In this document: positions 57,291-64,000 of the stretch, piece after piece
Numbering within the stretch: the first letter of the stretch is position 1
How the letters are laid out: each line of letters starts with the position of its first letter
Assembly: GCA_029781975.1 (NCBI GenBank)
Contig: JAKOVQ010000003.1
Coordinates: 188,034-252,033 of the forward strand
Source of the DNA: Acidobacteriota bacterium
GTDB taxonomy: Bacteria > Acidobacteriota > Thermoanaerobaculia > UBA5066
Length of the DNA stretch: 64,000 nucleotides
Direction: 5' to 3'
Translations under genes and position numbers: made by a program
The notes under the pieces: model-generated
What the model saw: only the letters and a program-made list of their open reading frames with translations
Told to the model about the DNA's origin: nothing
The model's database searches: none

Positions 57291-59684
57291 TCAGGCCGCG
57301 GCGAGGCCGGCGTCCGCGAGGAGCGCCCGGAACCGGGGCTCCTCGCGGAGCGGGGCCAGGTCCGGCTCGACGAGAGCCCTCCGGAGCGTCAGCGACGGGC
57401 GGAGGCGCGCCGCCTCGGCCAGGGCGTCGAGGGCGCGGGCGGTCTCCCCGAGGAGGGTCCGGGCGACGGCCACGTAGTAGCGTGTGAAGGGGTCGTCCCT
57501 CCCGGCCGCCAGCCGCTCCTCGAATGCCGCGACGGAGCGGGCCAGGGCGGCGCGGGCGTCCGCCTCGCGCCCGAGGTGGCCCAGGGCGCTCCCGAGCCGG
57601 GCCTCGACCTCCACGGTCGTCCGGCCGCGGAGGGCGTGGTCGACCGATTCGAGGTGGCGCCTCTCCTCCACCAGCTCGGTCACCGCCTCCGCCCAGCGCC
57701 CCGCCAGCGCGTGGACCTGGGCGAGCCGGACGTGGGAGCCGACGATCAGGAGCCCCTTCTTCCCCGACAGCGCCTGGGTCTGGAGCTCGATCGCGCGCCG
57801 CGCGACCGCCTCGGCCCGGGGGAGCTCGCCGATCAGCGCGAGGCAGTGCGCGAGCTGGAGGGCCACCCATCCGGCCTGCGGGTTGAGGGCGAGCGCGGTC
57901 TCGTACTCGCGGGCGGCCCCGAGGAAGTCGCCGTTCGCGATGAAGAGGACCCGGGCCACCGCCTGGTGGCCCGCGGCGTCGGACGGGGCGAGCTCCAGGG
58001 AGCGGCGCGCGGCGGCGAGCGCCTCCGCGTCGCGCCGGAGGAAGAGGTTCGCGTAGGCGAGGCCGCGGAACGCCTCGGACGATGCCGGCTCGAGCTCGAT
58101 CGCGCGGCGGAACGCGGCGAGCGCGCGCTCGGAAGGCCCGGGGTCGCCGGCGTACTCGGCCCGGTCCGAGAGCGCCCATCCCAGCGAGACGTGCCCGGCG
58201 GCCCAGCGCGGGTCGAGGGCGATGGCCCGCTCGAAGAGGGCCTCGGCCCTCTCGAGCGAGGCGAGGCTCCCGGCGCGGAGCTCGACGAGCCCCTTCGCGT
58301 GCGCCTCGTAAGCCTCCACGACGCTCGTCCCGGCGGGGGAGCGGGCCCCTTCCCCGGCGAGGCCGCAGGCGGAGCGGAGGGCGGCGGCCAGCTCGCGCCC
58401 CACGGCGTCCTGCAGGGCGAAGATCCCGTCGAGCGTCCCGTCCACCTTGACCGCCCGGAGGACCTCGCCGCTCCAGGCGTCGGCGAGGCTCGCCGTGACC
58501 CGGAGCCTCTCGCCGACGCGCTGGAAGGCGCCCGACGCGACCCACCGGGCCCCGAGCCGCCGCCCCGCCTCCTCGGCGAGCCCCTCCCGTCGCCCGCGCC
58601 GCTCCTCTCGGAGGCGCCGGACGGTCTCGTGGACCCGGTCGGTCCCGACGACGGACGCTCCCGCGGCGGCGCGGAGCTCGGCCGTGAGGCTCTCGACGAG
58701 CCCCGTCTCGAGCCAGTCGTCCTCGGGGCGTCCCGAGACGTTCGCGAACGTGGTGACCGCGACGCAGGCCCCCCCGGCGGGGTCGCGCGGCGGGAGCGCC
58801 GCAGGGCCGGTGCGGGGATGCCGGGCCGCCGCCAGCTCTTCCGCCACCTCCTCCATCGACGGGCTGCGGAGGGCGCGGTCCTTGGCGAGCATTCGCGCGA
58901 CGACGCTCGAGAGCTCGCCGCTCACCTCCGGGTTGACGCTCGACGCGGGCGGGGGGTCGGTCCCCACCACCGACGCGAGGACGGCCCCGACGGTCTCGCC
59001 GGGGAACGCCCGGCGTCCCGTCAGGAGCTCGTAGAGGACCGCTCCCAGGGCGAAGACGTCGCTCCTCCCGTCGGCCTCCTCGCCGCGGACCTGCTCGGGC
59101 GACATGTACGCGGCCGTACCGGCGATCTCGCCCGTCGAGGGGCTCCCCGTCCCGTCGCCCGGGGCGAGCGTCTCGAGCGCGTCCTGGTCGAGGGCGTCGC
59201 AGCGGGTCGCGAGCCCGAAGTCGACGAGCTTGGCGCGGGGCCCCTCGGCGACGAGGACGTTCGACGGCTTCACGTCGCGGTGGACGACGCCCCTCGCGTG
59301 CGCCGCCGCGAGGCCGTCGGCGACCTGCTGGACGAGGCCGACGAGCTCGTCGAGCGGGGCCCCGGCCCGCGCGTGGTCGCCGAGGGTCGGCCCGTCGACG
59401 AGCTCCATCGCGATGTAGGCGAGCGGGCGCCCGTCGACGGTCGTCTCGTCCGCCTCGTAGATGGTGGCGATGGCGGGGTGGGAGAGGGCCGACGCGGCGC
59501 GCGCCTCCGAGAGGAGCGCCTCGGGGCCCCGGGCCGAGGGGCCGTTCCCGGGGCGCAGCACCTTCAACGCCACGTCGCGTCCGAGCCGGACGTCGCGCGC
59601 CACGTAGACCTCGCCCCACGCCCCGGCTCCCCGGAGGTCGCGGACCTCGTACGGTCCCACGCGGAGTCCCGGCGAGAGGCTCAC
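57291..59684 (-). CDS. Hanks-type Ser/Thr protein kinase with TolB-N-like and TPR domains
   Basis: GAGAWGEVY, VALKVL, HRDVKPSN, DFGLA, YMSPEQ, DVFALG; then VAVTTFAN..G...DDWL; TPRs. -10-like TATACT at 59703-59698. Confidence 0.9.
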   Translation of the reverse strand: MSLSPGLRVGPYEVRDLRGAGAWGEVYVARDVRLGRDVALKVLRPGNGPSARGPEALLSEARAASALSHPAIATIYEADETTVDGRPLAYIAMELVDGPTLGDHARAGAPLDELVGLVQQVADGLAAAHARGVVHRDVKPSNVLVAEGPRAKLVDFGLATRCDALDQDALETLAPGDGTGSPSTGEIAGTAAYMSPEQVRGEEADGRSDVFALGAVLYELLTGRRAFPGETVGAVLASVVGTDPPPASSVNPEVSGELSSVVARMLAKDRALRSPSMEEVAEELAAARHPRTGPAALPPRDPAGGACVAVTTFANVSGRPEDDWLETGLVESLTAELRAAAGASVVGTDRVHETVRRLREERRGRREGLAEEAGRRLGARWVASGAFQRVGERLRVTASLADAWSGEVLRAVKVDGTLDGIFALQDAVGRELAAALRSACGLAGEGARSPAGTSVVEAYEAHAKGLVELRAGSLASLERAEALFERAIALDPRWAAGHVSLGWALSDRAEYAGDPGPSERALAAFRRAIELEPASSEAFRGLAYANLFLRRDAEALAAARRSLELAPSDAAGHQAVARVLFIANGDFLGAAREYETALALNPQAGWVALQLAHCLALIGELPRAEAVARRAIELQTQALSGKKGLLIVGSHVRLAQVHALAGRWAEAVTELVEERRHLESVDHALRGRTTVEVEARLGSALGHLGREADARAALARSVAAFEERLAAGRDDPFTRYYVAVARTLLGETARALDALAEAARLRPSLTLRRALVEPDLAPLREEPRFRALLADAGLAAA

Positions 59685-59794
59685 GGCGGCGCCGTCGAGT
59701 ATAGGGACAGGGGCCGGGGCTTCGCGGCCGGTCGCGCCGGTGCGAAGATCGCCCGTCGCGGACGCCGAGCCCGCGACGGACGGGAGGACGCCCG

Positions 59795-61036
59795 GTGGCC
59801 CGATTCACCCTGGTCTGCAACGAATGCGGGCGGCGGCTCGACGAGGACCGCACCCTCTACGTCTGTCCGTCCTGCGCGCGGAAGCAGGAGCCGGGCGGGC
59901 CGACCCGCGGCGTCCTGGCGACGGAGATCGCCGAGGAGGACCTCCCGCGCCGCTGGCCCTCCGCGCGCCTCGAGGACCCGCAGGCGCTGGCGGTGTTCCT
60001 CCCGGTCCGGGGCCCCGGGTCGTTCTTCTCCTTCGCGGCGGGCGGCACCCCGCTCCTGCCGGTCCCGCGGCTCAGGCGCGAGCTCGGGATGCCGCGCCTC
60101 TTCGTCAAGGACGACACGCGCAACCCCTCGGGCTCGACGAAGGACCGCGCCTCGGCGCTCGTCGTCGCCAAGGCGATCGAGTACGGCTACGACACGGTGG
60201 CCGCCGCCTCCACCGGGAACGCGGCGACCGCGCTGGCGGCGGCAGGCGCGGCGGCGGGCGTGAAGACCGTCGTCTTCGTCCCCGCGACGGCCCCTCCGGC
60301 CAAGCTCGTCCAGATGGCGAGCTACGGGGCCCAGGTCGTCCCCGTCGCGGGGAGCTACGACCAGGCCTTCGAGCTCTCGCTGGCGGCGTGCGCCCGCTTC
60401 GGCTGGTACAACAGGAACACGGCGCTGAACCCCTTCACGGTGGAAGGGAAGAAGACGGCGGCCCTGGAGGTCGCGCGCGACCTCGCTCCCGAGGAGCCGG
60501 ACGCCGTCGTCGTGCCGACGGGCGACGGGGTCATCCTCGCGGGGGTCGCGAAGGGCTTCGCGGACCTCGTCCGCTGCGGTCTCCTCCGGAGGCTGCCGCG
60601 GCTCGTCTGCGTCCAGCCGGAGGGGTCGGGGGCGATCGCCCGGGCGCTGCGGTCGGGCGCCGCGGCCATCACCCCGGAGCCGTCCGCCTCGAGCGTGGCC
60701 GACAGCCTGACGGTGGCCGCGCCGCGGAACGCGGTCCTCTGCCTGAAGGAGGTGCGCGCGTCGAAGGGGGCGGGCGTCCTCGTCGGCGACGAGGCGATCC
60801 TCGACGCCATCCCCCGGCTGGCGGCGGCGACCGGGCTCTTCGCCGAGCCCGCGGCTGCGACCGCGCTGGCGGGCCTCCTCGCCGCGCTGGAGGAGGGGCT
60901 CGTCGACCGGGAGGAGCGGGTGGTCCTCCTCGTGACCGGGACGGGGCTCAAGGACGTGCCGGCGGCCGCGCGGCGCGCGAGGATCGGCCCTCCGGTCGAG
61001 CCGACCCTCGACGCGGTGGCGGCGGCCCTCTCGTAG
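59795..61036 (+). CDS. thrC: Threonine synthase-like PLP enzyme with N-terminal Zn ribbon
   Basis: CNEC..CPSC; GGTPL; NPSGSTKDR; ASTGNAA; EGKKT; VPTGDG; EPAAA; VTGTGLKD. Confidence 0.82.
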   Translation: MARFTLVCNECGRRLDEDRTLYVCPSCARKQEPGGPTRGVLATEIAEEDLPRRWPSARLEDPQALAVFLPVRGPGSFFSFAAGGTPLLPVPRLRRELGMPRLFVKDDTRNPSGSTKDRASALVVAKAIEYGYDTVAAASTGNAATALAAAGAAAGVKTVVFVPATAPPAKLVQMASYGAQVVPVAGSYDQAFELSLAACARFGWYNRNTALNPFTVEGKKTAALEVARDLAPEEPDAVVVPTGDGVILAGVAKGFADLVRCGLLRRLPRLVCVQPEGSGAIARALRSGAAAITPEPSASSVADSLTVAAPRNAVLCLKEVRASKGAGVLVGDEAILDAIPRLAAATGLFAEPAAATALAGLLAALEEGLVDREERVVLLVTGTGLKDVPAAARRARIGPPVEPTLDAVAAALS

Positions 61037-61160
61037 CCTGCCGGGAGCGCGCGGCGGGGACGCGGCGCGGGCGGCGGCTCCCCGGCCCGTCTCGTCGGAC
61101 CGGGGAGGCGACCGCGCTATCCTCCCGTCGCCCGCCCTCGCGGCGCGGCGGGAGGCCGGG

Positions 61161-61835
61161 ATGCCCGAGCTCGACGTCAAGCAGAAGGTCCTGGCCGCCA
61201 ACCAGGCGGCCGCGGCCGCGCTGCGACGGACGTTCCGCGACCAGCGGACCCTCGTCGTCAACCTGATCTCCTCGCCGGGGTCGGGGAAGACCACCCTCCT
61301 CGAGGCGACGGTGGCCCGGATGAAGGACCGTTACCGGCTCGGCGGGCTCGACGGGGACATCGCCACCGAGCGCGACGCGGACCGCCTCCGCAAGGCGGGG
61401 ATCCCGGCCCGGCAGATCCTGACCGGTGGGGCCTGCCACCTCGACGCCCGGCAGGTCGACACGGCGCTGGCCGAGGAGGGGGAGACGCTGCGCGGCCTCG
61501 ACATCCTCTTCATCGAGAACGTCGGGAACCTGATCTGCCCCACCTCCTACGACCTCGGCGAGGATTTCAAGGTCGTCCTCCTCTCCACGGCGGAAGGGGA
61601 CGACAAGCCGTTCAAGTACCCCGCCATCTTCGCCCGGTCGAAGGTGGCCGTCCTGACGAAGGTCGACCTCCTGCCGCACGTCGACTTCGACGTGGCCGCC
61701 GTGAGGGCGCAGGTCGCCACCCTCAACCCGGGCGCCCGCTTCGTCGAGCTCTCGGCCCGGACGGGCGAAGGGATGGAGGCGTGGTGCGCGCTCCTCGCGG
61801 AGGAGCTCCGCGAGAAGCGTTCGAAGGCCGTCTGA
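61161..61835 (+). CDS. hypB: Hydrogenase nickel-incorporation GTPase HypB
   Basis: SSPGSGKTTLLE, GGACHLDA, ENVGNLICP, EGDDKPFKYP, TKVD. Lacks the N-terminal CxxCGC/His-rich extension. Confidence 0.9.
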   Translation: MPELDVKQKVLAANQAAAAALRRTFRDQRTLVVNLISSPGSGKTTLLEATVARMKDRYRLGGLDGDIATERDADRLRKAGIPARQILTGGACHLDARQVDTALAEEGETLRGLDILFIENVGNLICPTSYDLGEDFKVVLLSTAEGDDKPFKYPAIFARSKVAVLTKVDLLPHVDFDVAAVRAQVATLNPGARFVELSARTGEGMEAWCALLAEELREKRSKAV

Positions 61836-61884
61836 CGGCCGTGGATCGGAGCGGGCCGGACGGCCCGGGAAACGGAGCGACGCG

Positions 61885-62352
61885 ATGAACGGCCGGCAGA
61901 TCCTGATCCTCGTCCTCGTGGGGGGCGCGGCGTACTGGCTCTACAGCCACCGCTCGCGGACCGCTCCGGCCCCGGCGCCGCCGGCGTCCGCGGGCGCCGC
62001 CCAGACGGGGCCGCCCGCCGCGGGCTGCCTCTCGGCCGCCGAGCGCGCGAACGACGCGGTCCACTCCGCCGCCCTCGTCCTCCTCCGCCCGCCCGTCGAC
62101 CCCGCGTCGTGGGACTCGGAGCAGCGGCGGGCCTCCGAGGCGATCTCTGGGGCGGAGGTGGCCTGCTCCGGCCTGGGGAGCGAAACGGAAGAGCGCGCCA
62201 AGGACGAGGTGAAGGCGGCGATCTCGTCGATGAAGGGCCTGCTCGACGAGCTGTCGGCGGGAGCGCGCGGCGGGGGAGCCCCGGACGCCGTCCGCCGGCA
62301 GGAGGAGGTCGACCAGCACCTCGAGAAGGCGCGGGCGCTCCTCCGCGGCTGA
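61885..62352 (+). CDS. Hypothetical membrane-anchored helical protein
   Basis: N-terminal TM helix; Pro/Ala linker; helical domain with two Cys; GGAG RBS. Confidence 0.6.
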   Translation: MNGRQILILVLVGGAAYWLYSHRSRTAPAPAPPASAGAAQTGPPAAGCLSAAERANDAVHSAALVLLRPPVDPASWDSEQRRASEAISGAEVACSGLGSETEERAKDEVKAAISSMKGLLDELSAGARGGGAPDAVRRQEEVDQHLEKARALLRG

Positions 62353-62396
62353 GCGCCCGGGGGGCGCCGGGCCTTCCTCCCCGCCCGGGCGGGCTC

Positions 62397-62425
62397 AAAA
62401 AAAAAGCCCGGCGCAATGCGCCGGG
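62397..62425 (-). terminator. Rho-independent terminator of the small Ala/Lys-rich gene
   Basis: Minus strand CCCGGCGC-ATT-GCGCCGGG, then C and T9. Confidence 0.85.
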
Positions 62426-62457
62426 ACGTGAAGCTCGAGGCTTTTCCGGAGGCGGTC

Positions 62458-62742
62458 TTACTTGGGCTGCTCGGCGGCCTTGGGGGCCTCGGCAGCGGGC
62501 TTCGCCTCGGCGGCGGGCTTGGCCTCGGCCTTCTTCGCGTGCTTCTTCATCTTCTTGTGGGTGGCCGGCTTCGCCTTCTCGGCGGCCTTCTCGCCCTCGG
62601 CGGGCTTGGCGGCCTCGGCGGGCTTGGCCGTCTCGACGGCGGCGGCCTTGGGGGCCTCGGTGGCCTTCTTCGCCTCTTCGGCGAAGGCGGCGCCCAGGGA
62701 GAGGATGGTGACGGCGACGAGCGTGGCAACGGTCTTCTTCAT
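62458..62742 (-). CDS. Small secreted low-complexity Ala/Lys/Glu/Pro protein (Asr-like)
   Basis: GGAGG RBS; signal peptide ending AFA; repeats AAKPAE/EAKPAA; basic core HKKMKKHAKK. Confidence 0.75.
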   Translation of the reverse strand: MKKTVATLVAVTILSLGAAFAEEAKKATEAPKAAAVETAKPAEAAKPAEGEKAAEKAKPATHKKMKKHAKKAEAKPAAEAKPAAEAPKAAEQPK

Positions 62743-62795
62743 TCTTTTCCTCCGCCGGACCCGCTCTCAGCTCGGCGGCCGGCGTGACGGGAGTC

Positions 62796-62811
62796 TTCAA
62801 GACCGCTGCCA
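62796..62811 (-). promoter_or_regulatory. Candidate sigma-54 promoter TGGCAGCGGTCTTGAA
   Basis: -24 TGGCA and -12 TTGA with GG-N10-GA spacing, about 55 nt upstream of ATG 62742. Confidence 0.55.
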
Positions 62812-62966
62812 CGGGCTGGGCCGGAGCGGGGGGCGTGGCGTAACCGACTCTCCACGAATCTGTTGCGCCCCCCGAGCCCTCGGCGTGCCCGGAGGCCTCC
62901 GACGGCCGGCTCACACGAAAGCGTGCACGGCTCCGACCAAAGCGTCGCGCCGGGTCCCCCGTGGGG

Positions 62967-63773
62967 TCAGCGCGTCGAAGGAGCCTCGGCCGGACGGGCG
63001 GCGGCCAGGAGGTCCGCGGAGAGCGCGGCGTCCGCAGCGGAAGCCACCAGGACGCGATCCGTTCCGATCGAGGCGGCCGAAGGCCCGGCCGCCGCCTCGG
63101 AGTAGTCGAAGACGACCGCGACCGCGGCGCCCTTCTCCCGTCCCCCGGCGGCCCGCGAGGCCGTCGTGTCCGGGACCGACGTCTCCAGCGCCTCCGGCTT
63201 GCCGACCTTGAATCCCAGCCCCTTCAGGGCCGCGGCCGCCCGGGCCCCCGTCAGCGCGTCGACCGGCTTCTGGGCGAGGATGGCGGTCAGCGCGGCGACG
63301 TCGTCGACCCCGGCCCCGGCCGAGACGCCGACGACGACCGCCCTCTCCTTCCCGACGCGAGACGAGCAGGTGATGTTCGGCGCCGAGCGACCCGAGAGAT
63401 CGAGGAGCGCCACCGTGCCGGTCCCCTTCTTCGGGTGCGCCACGCTGAACGTCGCCAGGACGCCGCAGGGGACGAGCCCGTTCCGTCGGGCCTCCTCCCT
63501 GGTGACGGCCCAGCCCGCCTTCCGGAGCGCCGCGGGGATTCCCGTGGCCTCGGCGGCGGCCTTCTGCTCCTCCGTCGGCTTCGGGGGGACGCTCGCCGCC
63601 GACGCGACCGGAGCCCCGGGCGGGGCGGGGGCGGCGACCGATCCGCTCGCCGGGGCCGCGCTCGAGCCCGCGCCCTTCCGGGTGCACGCCGCCGAGGGGG
63701 CGACGGCCAGGACGGAGAGGGCGAGGCAGGAGAGGAGTCGGGCGGCGGGCCGCCCTCGGGTCGTCAGCTTCAT
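62967..63773 (-). CDS. Hypothetical exported/lipoprotein
   Basis: Signal with lipobox-like SAAC; Pro/Ala linker; globular domain with a Cys pair. Confidence 0.6.
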   Translation of the reverse strand: MKLTTRGRPAARLLSCLALSVLAVAPSAACTRKGAGSSAAPASGSVAAPAPPGAPVASAASVPPKPTEEQKAAAEATGIPAALRKAGWAVTREEARRNGLVPCGVLATFSVAHPKKGTGTVALLDLSGRSAPNITCSSRVGKERAVVVGVSAGAGVDDVAALTAILAQKPVDALTGARAAAALKGLGFKVGKPEALETSVPDTTASRAAGGREKGAAVAVVFDYSEAAAGPSAASIGTDRVLVASAADAALSADLLAAARPAEAPSTR

Positions 63774-63824
63774 CGGATACCTCGAGGCCGTCCGGCGGGT
63801 CGAATCCTCCGGCGTGGCCGGGGG

Positions 63825-63852
63825 AGTCTAGCGACCGGGGCGTCCCGGTCAA
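63825..63852 (-). promoter_or_regulatory. Candidate sigma-70 promoter TTGACC-N16-TAGACT
   Basis: -35 at 63852-63847 and -10 at 63830-63825, upstream of ATG 63773. Confidence 0.55.
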
Positions 63853-63876
63853 GGCGGCGCCCGCCGCGCGGCGGCT

Positions 63877-64000
63877 TCAGGCGGACGGCCCGCCGAGGAG
63901 GCGGGTCACCTCGCCCGGCTCGGGGAAGCGGCCCGTGGCCGCCTTCGAGAAGACCAGCTTCCCGGCCGCCCGGACCTCGAAGACGCCGCCGGAGCCTTTC
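63877..64000 (-). CDS. Rdx (SelT/SelW/SelH) family protein, 3' end only
   Basis: Hand translation ...KGSGGVFEVRAAGKLVFSKAATGRFPEPGEVTRLLGGPSA*, the typical Rdx C-terminal signature. Confidence 0.85.
   Translation of the reverse strand, partial: KGSGGVFEVRAAGKLVFSKAATGRFPEPGEVTRLLGGPSA

Noticed and set aside
57291-59684. Ser/Thr kinase as a member of the purine pathway
   Set aside because: It is on the opposite strand with its own -10 element, and this architecture is common in such genomes. There is no evidence of a functional link.
61161-61835. Hydrogenase maturation cluster
   Set aside because: Only hypB is present; there are no hypA/C/D/E/F or hydrogenase subunits in the window.
62458-62742. 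Short DNA repeats (GGCGGGCTTGGC...) resembling an array
   Set aside because: They encode AKPAE peptide repeats. There are no constant-length repeats with unique spacers and no cas genes, so this is not CRISPR.

Overview
Very GC-rich bacterial DNA with dense coding and many ATGA/GTGA stop-start overlaps. The gene styles suggest an Acidobacteriota (Thermoanaerobaculia-like) genome, but that is inference. I saw no rRNA, tRNA, CRISPR array, transposase or integrase. Left to right: (1) a minus-strand metal/Fe-S-type operon (DUF134, DUF5320-like, radical SAM, putative Mn transporter, CGGC protein) whose TTGACA-17-TATGTT promoter is overlapped by a perfect palindrome. (2) A Rieske / cytochrome b / 12-heme cytochrome c cassette bracketed by two paralogous PAS sigma-54 activators. 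(3) Two convergent lipid modules: acyl-CoA dehydrogenase-SCP2 fusion with an AMACR-like CoA transferase and a DMT, facing a desaturase, cNMP-patatin and MBL hydrolase. (4) Housekeeping and accessory genes: GH13, FKBP PPIase, M20 amidohydrolase, sirtuin, a giant DUF3857/transglutaminase/TPR protein, stand-alone dnaE2, DUF2911, DHDPS-like, RidA, a second transglutaminase-like protein, TlpA, a class A beta-lactamase with an omega-loop insert, and Lrp with EamA. (5) A variant yge/ygf-type anaerobic purine/urate catabolic cluster: Se-dependent-type xanthine dehydrogenase, a YgfK-like protein with apparently degenerate active-site motifs, an allantoinase-like hydrolase, SsnA, an uncharacterised PLP enzyme, YgeY, YgeW and a threonine-synthase-like enzyme. 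It is interrupted by an S8 protease with duplicated C-terminal domains, a peptidoglycan-binding/DUF3289 fusion and a Ser/Thr kinase. (6) An orphan hypB, small secreted proteins (one with a candidate sigma-54 promoter) and the 3' end of an Rdx/SelW-family gene. Several genes appear to be leaderless. Family assignments come from motif recognition by eye, not database searches.
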